A DNA stretch of 64,000 nt from Asterias rubens. Its lineage: Eukaryota. The notes under the pieces are model-generated. The model searched no databases. It was not told the DNA's origin and saw only the letters and a program-made list of their open reading frames with translations. Below are positions 12,401-24,400 of this stretch, one piece after another. The stretch covers positions 7,750,001-7,814,000 of the forward strand of contig NC_047066.1 of assembly GCF_902459465.1 (NCBI RefSeq), read 5' to 3'. Each line of letters starts with the position of its first letter. The stretch's first letter is position 1. Position numbers and translations under genes: made by a program.

Positions 12401-15400
12401 AAGGGACCCATTGCCTACGGATCAAGAGCTTTGGCTATGAAAAATGAATGTAGTAGAAGGATGTTTGAAAGTAGAAAATAATGATGCACTTGAATATCCC
12501 TCAAAGTTGAGTGGTTTTCTGTTAACTTTTTGAACTAACACGGCCCATAATTTTTGTGGAGTCAAAAATGTTCTACAAAATGCCTGACTGTAGTAAAATG
12601 TGGATCGCAGTAAAATGTTGCCAAAAGGTGGACACACCCATCATTTTAACTACCTTCCTAAAATTTGCATCCCAGAGTCTAACCCCTGTCTTGATGATGG
12701 CTTTCAATCACATTCTTGTGGTCCCCCCCCCCTTCCTCCTTCCATCCCAGGCTAGGCATTCAAACCAAACTGTACATCATGAACGCCAAGGCCATGAGCG
12801 TGATCGAGCTGTACGGTATCCTAGACCCGGCCACCCGCGACTGGACGGACGGTCTCCTCTCCAACATCTTCCGCGAGATCAACCGACCGACGGACAAGAA
12901 CGAGCGCAAGTACATCGTGTTCGACGGGGATGTCGACGCCCTGTGGGTGGAGAACATGAACTCTGTGATGGACGACAATAGACTGTTGACTCTGGCTAAT
13001 GGAGAGAGAATCAGGCTGCAGAAACACTGCGCTCTGCTCTTTGAGGTGGGAAATGAGTTTTTAAAACTTTTTATTCACTATATTATACTGCTGGTGCTTT
13101 CCAGATTGTATCGTAAACTTGTTAGTGATGCCTGGTTATACAGAAGTTAACGGTTGTATGGCTTCTGACAGGCACCCCAAAACAAGGATATTGACAAAAA
13201 GGTTAACCGCCGTCCTTAGAGTTATAGATAGCCCAGTTAGTAGAGTGCTGGCACGAGGTCGCAGGTTCAAATCCCTTTTTAACTAAACCAACATTATTAT
13301 GGCTGTGCGGCCTAGTGCATCCAAGTCATCAGGGCTTAGGTTCAAATTCTAGTCATGACACTTGTGTCCTTGACCAAGGCAGTTGGCTGTAAGTGCTTCT
13401 CTTTCCCCAGGAGTAAATGGGAACCTGTGTTGATTACAGTGTTATTGACTCTTTAAAAAAAATTGTTAAACTGTAAAAAAAAACTAATTATAAGCGTTTT
13501 GAGTTAGCTTTTATTATAAGTGCTGTGAATATTATTATTACTACCAATTTGTTTCAATTTAATTTTTATCCTCAAACTTTGACATTATAACCACCAGGTG
13601 TCTGATCTTCAGTACGCCTCCCCCGCCACTGTCTCCCGTTGTGGTATGGTCTTTGTCGACCCCAAGAACCTCGGCTACATGCCGTTCTGGCAGAAGTGGA
13701 TCAACAGCCGCGCCAGCAAGACGGAGCAAGAGGACCTGATGAGGATGTTCCAGAAGTACGTCCCTGGGGGCATCGAGCTGATCTTAGAGGGCATGTTGGA
13801 TGGAAAGCCAGGGGACAAACTGAAGATGATTGTCCCACTGACTAATCTCAACATGGTATGTATCTGAAATGAGGGCTTGAATTTGGGGTGTAAAATTCCA
13901 CAAGACTGCAGGGGCATGTTACCCAAAATCTATACTGGACCAGAATTGACTTTTTACAGAGTCTAAACTAGTAAGAATTGTGTACAAAAAGTTCAACATG
14001 TAAACTATTGTATGTGGACCAAGCATTTAGGGGAAGTAGTCTACATGAGTGCTTAACACATTAGTATTTTCAACATTCCTATGGAATATTTTACCAGTCC
14101 AATGGAATTGTTCATGAACATGTGCTGGAATAATCCAATACAATTAGAATGTACATACCACTCCAACTTTCGAGATGCCCTCAACAACTTAAAGGAACGT
14201 TACAGAATTGGTAAGAAAACAAAATCGTTAAGATCACAGATTTACATAAAACTTACACGGTCTAATGATGATGATAATAGAAAACATCCCTTGAAATATT
14301 TCTGCCTGAAATGTCATATTTGATGAGAAATAAATAATTTAACTTTGCGTTTAGAGTTTATCGCTCAGTGAGCGTTTTATTCTTCTTTTTTTTGCATCAA
14401 TGTCATGCAAAACGCGTGATCGTTTTTTCACTATTTTCTCGTGACCCAGACGCCTGATCGATCTCAAACTTCTATACAGGTTTGTCAGTTTATGTATATG
14501 GTGGATTACATAAAGTGCTTACACTGCCAGCAACTGTTTTGTTAGAAAAACCAATTCTGTAATGTTCCTTTAAGGCTTCAAGAAGAAGTTTTTTAACTCT
14601 AAAAAGCATTTTTATTGTTTCATTGTGATCTAATTCCTTCATTTTTGTAGAAACAAACATTGTGAGTTTAAATTTGAATTTGAAAAATGAACCAGGTGAC
14701 CCAACTAAGCAAGATGCTGGATGCGTTGATCACCAAGGAGCAAGAATCGGACGTCTTGGAAGCCATCTTCATCCAGGCCCTCTACTGGTCACTAGGAGGT
14801 TCCCTCATCGAGGAGAGCCAGGTCAAGTTCGACGGCTACGTCAAATACATCGCCTCGATGCCGACCATCACGGATGAAGCGGCAGATGCTGGGCCTGGGG
14901 AGCTACCTGGTCAGCTGGACTCTATTTATGAATATTTCTTTGACCAGGAAAAGAAGAAGGTACTATTGTTATTTTTAGTTACTATTATTATTAATGTTTT
15001 TTTGTTATTAGAAACCGATTTAAACTAATGGTTTGATAATTTTGATTTTTCTGGATTTTTTACTTGCTTTCTGGATTTTCTCAAAATCTGCTAGAGCTGC
15101 GTTGCAACGATTTTATTGTTTAGGGGAAAAAAATTATTTGAAAAAAAAAAACCCTTCTGGATTAGAACCCAAGGGTTAAAGGGAACAAAATCGGTCTTAA
15201 GATTAATGGCAATAAAAACTCTTGGTTAGAAACCTACAACAGCTTTCGATAAAGCATTTTGAGAAACATTTCACATTTCATTGTGGTTGTGTCACAAGAT
15301 ATCAGTTTTTATCACCCAAAATTTTAATCTGAATAGTGTTACTGTTAGATTTGCGGTGATATCTCAAAAACGCGACCAATTTTTATTGTATATATCTAAA

Positions 15401-18400
15401 TTTGTATTCAAACATTTGAACAGCCCCATAAACCAATGGTAAACTTTGCCTTTAGAGATGTACATACCTTGAAATAAAATTGTTTTCCAAAGAATTGTTT
15501 TACTTGAAAGTAATATATTTAATTTAATATTTAATTTGTCCCATTTCTCAGTGGATCCCCTGGTCCAGACTGGTCCCCAAGTACATCCACGATCCGGAGA
15601 GGAAGTTCTACGAGATCCTGGTCCCTACCCTGGACACGGTGCGCAACACCTGGCTACTGGAGCTCATGGTTCACACTAAGCAGCCAGTCCTCTTCGTCGG
15701 TGATACCGGTACCTCAAAGACGGCCACCATTCAGGACTTCCTGAGAAACATCGATCAGGAGACAAATGTAAGGAGGTTTTGTCTTCATTTCATTTTTTCA
15801 TTTCATTTCAAGACATTTATTTCCAGAACAGTATCAAGGAGAATTGGAAATGGGGGGGGGGGGGAGGGCATAACCAGAAAAGCCAGAGCTTGTGGTAGCA
15901 TGCCCAGACAAACAAAGCAAAAACACAAATGGACTAACATGAACATTAACAAGTATAGTCAGAGTGAATCAGAATAATTCACAACATTTTTGTATTTGTT
16001 TTTAACGTTACACTGATGTGTTTAAAAGATGCTATGTCAGATTTTTGGCCCCAAACATTAAAACATAGATTTTTTGGAGTGAATTGTATTTCAAAGAGTA
16101 TCACCCGCTCTAACGAAAAAAAGTTTAACTTTTACTTTTAATGGTCAAGAACCATCACAAAAATTTAAAACGTTTCTTATAATACACATAAGAATTGGTC
16201 ACTTAATATATTGTCGGGATCCCGACAAAAACTAATTTTGAGCACTTTATTTCACTGCTACTAATAATTGGCGGACTTTTTCGAGCAATGGCTCAAATGA
16301 AAGCTTGTAACTTTCCCGACCCCCATCAAAATACCTATTGAATTTTAAATCCAAATTTTGGGGTCAAATCGGCCAAAAATCTGACAAAGCATTTTTAAGT
16401 ACTCAACTGCAAATCACTCGGTAGGGATTCCAACCCATGTTTGAGAATCCTAACTGCCTGGTGTCTGGTATACGTTTTAATGTATTTGTTTTGTATTTAT
16501 TGTAAATCATTCCTTCATGGTCTTTTCAAAGCACACCACTCCATAAACCAGCTAGGTTCAGTATGTCATTTGACCACAGCATTAATAAAAACCAACGTTT
16601 TTTTTTTTAGCTGATCCTAAACATCAACTTCTCATCAAGAACCACCTCCATGGATGTCCAGCGTAATCTAGAGGCCAATGTTGAGAAGCGTACTAAGGAC
16701 ATGTACGGCCCACCCCCTGGTCGTCGTCTACTGGTCTTCATGGATGACATGAACATGCCTCAGGTAGGTGTACATAGATTGATCAGGATTTCACATGCAA
16801 ATTAGGTTGCAGTTTTGTTTTGCGACTTGGGAAAGTTCTTACCTCCTGATGCTATTCTCTACCTTTTTGAGACAGCTATACGTCCCCTAACGGAGTACTG
16901 CTGTCACATTTGGGCCGGAGCTTCTGCCTGTCGGTTGTTTTTACTAGATAGAGTGCAGAATTGTAATGTTAGTCTTGTTGGTGAAGGGTTGGGAACAACA
17001 TTACCTCCTCTTTTTCACCAGAGGTCTGTGGCCAGCCTCTGTCTCTTCTACAAGTATTTTCCTTGGTCAATGTGCAACCAGTGTGTCTGACCTGGTTCTT
17101 CTTATAAGGGTATTTGAGCATAAAAACCTGGCTTTCTGCTTCTTCCCACCCATGCACTATTTATTTGGTGAGAGCAAAGGACCATTTCAAAAGCTTTATT
17201 CCACCTACTGCATCTCTGTGGAACTCCCTGCCTGGTTTATGTTTCCCTCCATCATACAATCTAGACTGTTTTAAGAGGACTACATGTATCAATTACTACC
17301 TTAAGCTCCCCTGAGTTGTTTTCGTAGTCTTCTGGCAGCCCCTTTCCAACAAAACTAATCGAGCCCAATCCAGAGCCTAAGCTCAAGAGTTGTTTCAAAA
17401 ACGGCCACAAATAATCAATTTTCAACATGGTTTGTTCCCATTAGGTTGATGTTTACGGCACCCAGCAGCCCATAGCTTTATTGAAGCTCCTCCTGGAACG
17501 AGGCGGGATGTATGACCGTGGCAAAGATCTGATCCTCAAGTACATCAAGGATATAGGATTCATCGCTTCTATGGGAAAGGTAGGCTTTGACTTTTATTCT
17601 GTTCCTCGCTTCTATGGGAAAGGTAGGCTTTGACTTTTATTCTGTTCATCGCTTCTATGGGAAAGGTAGGCTTTGACTTTTATTCTGTTCATCGCTTCTA
17701 TGGGAAAGGTAGGCTTTGACTTTTATTCTGTTCATCGCTTCTATGGGAAAGGTAGGCTTTGACTTTTATTCTGTTCATCGCTTCTATGGGAAAGGTAGGC
17801 TTTGACTTTTATTCTGTTCATCGCTTCTATGGGAAAGGTAGGCTTTGACTTTTATTCTGTTCATCACTGTGAAAATGATTCATTGCTTCTATGGGAAAGG
17901 TAGGCTTTGACTTTTATTCTGTTCATCACTGTGAAAATGATTCATTGCTTCTATGGGAAAGGTAGGCTTTGACTTTTATTCTGTTCATCACTGTGAAAAT
18001 GATTCATTGCTTCTATGGGAAAGGTAGGCTTTGACTTTTATTCCGTTCATCTCTGTGAAAATTATGTTTGTATCTCCTGATAATCTTTCTCATGTTTTAT
18101 TTCTGCTTTTGTTATTGCATTATTTTTTGTTAATTTGTATCTCTGTATTTTGGTGCTGTTGCCCTGGTTTTGCTTAAAAGTCTTCAAAGACACCAGCACC
18201 ACAGTGCTTAAGTGGTTTCAGCCGCCAGTTAGAACGTTATCCATTTTCTATGAATAACAATCCTATTCATCCCATTTTCCACTACCCAGGCTGGCGGAGG
18301 TCGTAACGAGGTCGACCCCCGCTTCATCTCCCTCTTCTGCACCTTCAACATCACCTTCCCGTCGGACGCCTCCCTCAAGCACATCTACTCCTCCATCCTG

Positions 18401-21400
18401 GCCGGCCACGCCCAGCCCTTCGACGAGAACATCCAGAAGATCACCGACAAGATCACCCAGGGGACCCTCGACCTCTACAAGGTCATCGTCAACGACCTCC
18501 CGCCAACCCCGTCCAAGTTCCACTACATCTTCAACTTGCGCGATCTGTCCCGGGTTGCGCAGGGTCTGTTGCAGACCACGCCCGATCGCTTCACGACTGT
18601 GGGGCCGTTCGTCCGAGTGTGGAGGAATGAATGCTTGAGGGTGTTCTTCGACAGACTGACGAATAAGGAAGACAAGGTCTTGGTTCAGGTGAGTTGTAGT
18701 TGAAGTGATTCTTGACAACTTGCAATGATTGCAAAGAATTATAATAGTAATAATAATTTTCGATAACAAGTACTTTTTACTCTATTGCCCTTTAATATGC
18801 GATTGTTTACATTTTTCGTGTGCATAAATTTTTACCATTAAAAGTGACTCTTTCAGCTACTGCTGCTGGTCATTTTGTTTGTATACATAAATTAATATAA
18901 TAAAATAAATAATCATCATCAGTCGGCTGCACAGTAGGCAGACACAAGCTTTTCCCGTTCTAGTGGTAAAAAATTGCCGTTCTTATATATGGCTTTATGG
19001 GGTGTTCCAAGGTGCACATTTTTCTGTCTGTAGCAATGCAGAGCTAATGTTGGAACTATAAGACCCATTTATTTACAAGTAGCTTCTTGTAAAGGTTTAC
19101 AACTAATGCTGAAAATATAGCCAACTGTAGAATTGCGTAAAGCTTAGGAGAGCATTAATTTTGTACTTTTGAACCTTTTTTTATTCTGTGTGAGAGACTC
19201 CCCAAAGAATATTTGTCTTAAGATGTGTATCAATTTTAATTGATCACAGGTTCAAATCCCCCAAAATACATAATGATCAGTGCTGTAGCTAGACCAATTT
19301 TAGTGGTGGGCTCTGAACCCAATTTAGTCCACGGAGGGCAAGGGGTTCAATAAAATTCTTCTGCATGTTTACATGTAGATATGTTAGATATGGGGCCATC
19401 TTTGCTGAAGTGCAATCTGGGGGAAATCTGTGCTGGGCGACACAGTGTATATTGCTGGGCGAAATTTGTTAGTTCTGGGCGAGCCCGACCGGCACCAACC
19501 ATCGTGGCTACAACACTGATAACGATGATGATAACTTTTCTTGTTTTTCCAGGGTCACATGAAGAACGTGATTGAGGAGCATTTTAAGGAGCATGTAGAG
19601 AGCGCTATGCAGGAACCTCTACTCTTCGGTGACTATCGTACTGCACTAGATGAGGGTGAAGCTCGACTCTATGAAGATATACAAGATTATGAGGCAGCAA
19701 AGGCCCTCTTCCAAGAGGTAAACCAATATCAGATTCAAATTTAAAATTCATGTTTTTAATTTTGATCATGGACTTTGTTGTGTCAGTGCAAAAAGGATGT
19801 TTCTCATCAATTAGTGCTTAGCTGGGTTCACAATGCACAGATTTTAAAGGGAAGGTGCAGGTTTGGTAATTACTCAAAACAAATATTAACTTGAAAACTT
19901 ACTTGCTAACAAGCATTGGAGAGCTGTTGATAGTATAAAACATTGTGAGAAGTAGCATAGATTTTGAGGAAGAGGTAATTTCTCACTAAAATAATAAAAG
20001 ACTTCTAGCCAGTAGTCTTTTATTCCTATCTGAAAGCACACATATTCGTCCAACAAGGTGTTTTTTCGTTCACCATTATCTCGCAACTTTGATGACCAAT
20101 TGAATTTTCACAGGCTTGTTATTTTATGTGTATCTTGGGATACACCAAGTGAGAAGACTGGACTTTGACAATTACCAAACGTGTTCAGTGCCTTTAAATT
20201 ACGTTACGCGCGAGATTGAAATGAGCAGAACATTGTACATGCTTTTAAAATAGCCCAGGATGTACACACAAAACAAGTACAGATAAACGTGTTTGACTTG
20301 AGCAATTTTGTGCAAGATACAACAATTGAGCAAAATCGAGAAACATCGATTCTGCATGGGGGATTTTCTTTTAAGGTATGAGGTTTGTGCGAAACTGATT
20401 GTGTTCACAAACATAGACAGCACAAAACAAACATACTGCCCAAAAAAGTGTGATTGTGTAAAAAGCTGGTCATAGATTCTCATACTGCATGGCTGTTCAG
20501 CACTTCAAATGTATGTTTACCAGAATAAGCTTACCAGCCAAAAACACCATGTAACATGTACAATTTGTGACTGGTATCCTGATCATTGTTGCTAATCAGA
20601 CAAATGTTGGGTTTAAAAATACTCTCTAAACACCACCGTACTCCCAATTTCATAAAAACTTAATCACTAAATGTTCTCTTTGGTATTTTATCTCTAGATC
20701 TTAGAGGAGTACAACGACAACAAGACCCCGATGAATCTGGTGTTGTTTGAAGACGCTCTGGATCACTTGACCCGAGTTCACCGGGTCATCCGCATGGACA
20801 GAGGTCATGCCCTCCTGGTTGGTGTCGGTGAGTTTAATCTCGAAATCTCATCTAGGCTTATCCCAATGAAGTGTGCCTAGTGATAAGAAGCCATTTCAAA
20901 TCCTGTGTCTAGCGATGGGTACTGCAACACACAATGTAGTTGTGGCTGCAATACAACAGGATTCTAAGATGACGATCAGGTCATAGAGACTGCTAATGGC
21001 TTAGCCGGCTGTTACAGATTGTATAATAAGGATATAGCCAACTTCAGAGATGTGTTCATTGTCGAAACAATGTCTTCAGTAAATATAATGTGCTGTGTAG
21101 GATAATAAAACAAAAAATTAACAACGAACATCAACCACTTATCTCCAACAGGTGGAAGTGGCAAGCAGAGTCTGACCCATCTAGCCTCCTTCACTGCCGG
21201 CTGCGAGGTCTTTGAGATCAAACTCAGCCGCGGCTACGACGAGTCCAGCTTCAGAGATGACCTCAAGGTCCTCTACAACAAGCTCGGCATCGAGAGGAAG
21301 AAGACGGTCTTCCTGTTCACCGATCAGCACGTCGCTCAGGAGAGCTTCTTGGAGCTGATTAACAACATGCTCACCTCGGGTATGGTGCCAGCTCTCTTCC

Positions 21401-24400
21401 CCGATGATGAGAAGGAAGCCATCGTCGGCCAGATGCGGACGGAGGCAACTAAGGCTGGCTGCCCGCCGACACGTGAGAGCATCTGGCAGTACTTCATCAA
21501 TAAGTGCGCTAATAATCTTCACATCGTCTTGGCGATGTCGCCGGTGGGTGAGACTCTGCGGACGAGATGTCGTAACTTCCCTGGACTTGTCAACAACTGT
21601 AGTATTGATTGGTTTATGCCCTGGCCGGTCCAGGCGCTGACTGCTGTGGCCTCGGTGTTTCTTGGCAATGAAGATGTGAGTATAATTATCCGTTGAGCCA
21701 ATTCAGAATAATCAATGTTTACATATTCCTCTTCTTTGCAAAATTGTGAGTGGGTGGGTCAAAGAACTAACTGAAAATCTAAATTTTGTTAACCGTTAAA
21801 ATAATTCAATGAATTACAATTTGTTTAAGGTGAAAAATGCCCATCTGTCATGTCTATTATGACTTTGCTTTCCATTGTTTTTGGTCAACCTTGTTTCGTT
21901 AGCCGAACTCTGGGCCAAATGCGGAGATGGCAAAAATTACATCTTCTGTTTCACCTAGAAAGTTAGATCAAGGACTTAATGAAAATTCTTTGATTTGAAG
22001 TCTAAAGAGCAAACTAATCCAAATTATAGATCTTTGGCAACTTAGTTTTGGGGCTTTGAGCTGCTTCAACGCAGCAAGTGGTTCACCGACCAATCACAAG
22101 AGGAATTTTTAAAATCCTGGGTGCTGCTCACAGTCTTTATGCATAATGCACAAATAATTTAATATCAAAGATGGCTGACTGGTAGCAATCTATAATCAAG
22201 TGATCTATAAATGACGCTGTCTTTGTCTGGTACCCCTTTTCTCCAAACCCTTCAGATCAAGAGCATACCAGACGAACACCGCGATTCCGTCGTCAAACAC
22301 GTGGTGTTCGTTCACAAGTCAGTGGGTGATTACAGCGTGCAATTCCAGCAGAAGCTACGTCGTAATAACTACGTCACCCCTAAGAATTATCTGGACTTCA
22401 TCAACACCTACCTGAAGCTACTCGACGATAAGGATGAATACATTCTCTCGCAGGTACGTAGTCTCCCATTCCTCGTGTCTACCGAAATCTTGGAACCTTC
22501 TGTATAATGTGAAAGCTTCAAAATAGAGTGCCTCCCATTTGTTAAGAATTTCAGTTTGCCTTGTGGTTTATCAATCTTCGGCGTGTCGTGGCCGAGTTGT
22601 CCAGTTCACCGGACCTAAGCTCTGGTGTTGTCAGCAGCAGTGTGATACGTGCCCTTGGGCAAGGCTGTTAACAATAACTGCTGTGTAAAACGTTGGGAAG
22701 CTGGTGCATTGTGCTCTACCAGCCAGGCTTCTAGTGGATGATACCCATGCCTCCATCCTTACAGACTGTGCAGGGGGGTAACCCTCTATTCAGCCCCAGG
22801 AGTAGGTGGCAGTGTGCACCTGGTGGCAGGTGATTTGGGTATACAGTCTAAAGCTGCCCTCACCTTGAAGTTGCCTGCCAGCCTTGTGATGTTAGGCGAT
22901 CTCTCATTTTTATCAAAAATAAATAAAAAAATATAAAAATCACTGTTTGTAATTTTACCAATCACAGTACTGTTCGTTTCAAGTAGGAGAGAGGTGTATT
23001 TGTTTTGTATTTCCTTGAATCTTTCTATTAAAAGATCCATCATCAATATCATCGCATGTCCGTTTTTATAGTGCAAGCGTCTTGAAGGTGGTATGGCCAA
23101 GCTAGCAGAGGCCAGCGTCCAGCTAAATGAGCTAAACGAGAAGCTGGCAGTGCAGAAGGTGGCCGTTGGAGAGAAGACAGAAGCCTGTGAGATACTCCTA
23201 GGAGAGATCTCATCCAGGACGGGGAAGGCTACCGATAAGAAACAGGCTGCTGAGGGCAAGAGTAAAGAAATCGAGGAGCAGAGTGTTGTCATTGCTGTGG
23301 AGAAGGTACCAGGACGTCTTCATCTTCGTTGATTAGAAATAGTGACTAGAGCGATATTTGAACCAATGACCTTTGGATTAACATGCTCTACCAACTGAGC
23401 CATCTAACATTATTTTGGCGGTCTCTCTTTTTTGTCAATATCTTTGTTCGGGGTGCAAGTCAGAATCCATACAACCGTTAGCTGCTGTGTGGCCAGTTTT
23501 TACGATACAACCTGGGAAGGGGCAGCCGAGGGATCACCTATATGGGGGATGCAACTTCTTTATTTCAAACATAAATCACAAGGGTAATTGACTACTTAAA
23601 TGTTAAAATATCTTTTGATACATCTCTGTAAGTTGTGCATACGTGTGGATGAGTTGAAAATCCTAGTAGCGTTTCGCGTTTTGCAAGGGGGGGGGCTATT
23701 GATTTTGTTACACAATACAGAACGCGCCTCCGAACAATGCCCATATATTACACCCAAAATGACACCCAGGATAGGCACATGTGTGAGTACGCTGCGCGTA
23801 TAGCAAGGGGTCTATAAAAAAGGTAAATAAAACTTCAAGCAATCTTACCTTGAATGATCCCCCAATAAATGCATTCTCGCCATACAGAAAGATGCAGAGG
23901 AGTCTCTGGCTGAAGCCCTGCCTGCCTTAGAAGCTGCTCGCATCGCTTTACAAGACTTGGATAAGTCAGACGTCACTGAGATTAGGTGGGTACGGTTCTA
24001 CTTTCTGACTTCAATGAGAGACTTTCTGGGACGATAGAGGGCAGCAGACTTACCGGGTAAATCCATTGTTCTCGGAATTATGCGCATGTTCAGAACTACG
24101 TAAACAATGGAAATTTACCCGGTATGACTGCTGCCGCCTAGCGTTGGAAAGTCTCCTATTGAAATATATTCAAATAGCAATGTTTTTCAATGAATGACTT
24201 CAATATAAATTTCCTTTCTCAAATAGCAGCGCTTTACACCAAGTAAGTTTTTGGGTCATTATTAAGTTTGGAGTACTTACAATCTATGACCCTACCTTCA
24301 AAGCTTACTTTATACAATAACAATCGGCAGAAATGAAGGTTAGCAGTGAAAAACCTGAAAGAATCAAAAAATAACTGCAACTCATAATTTCTCTTCCAGA

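Noticed and set aside
14651-14661. 11-nt microexon (AG...GTGAGT)
   Set aside because: The downstream intron would be only 34 nt and inclusion would shift the frame.
17559-18060. CRISPR-like array
   Set aside because: Units are identical tandem copies with no unique spacers, derive from the adjacent exon-intron junction, and lie in a eukaryotic intron.
18263-18769. 168-aa antisense ORF (also 21181-21522, 22786-23292, 29715-29933)
   Set aside because: These are shadows of GC3-rich dynein exons; high GC3 removes stops on the reverse strand.
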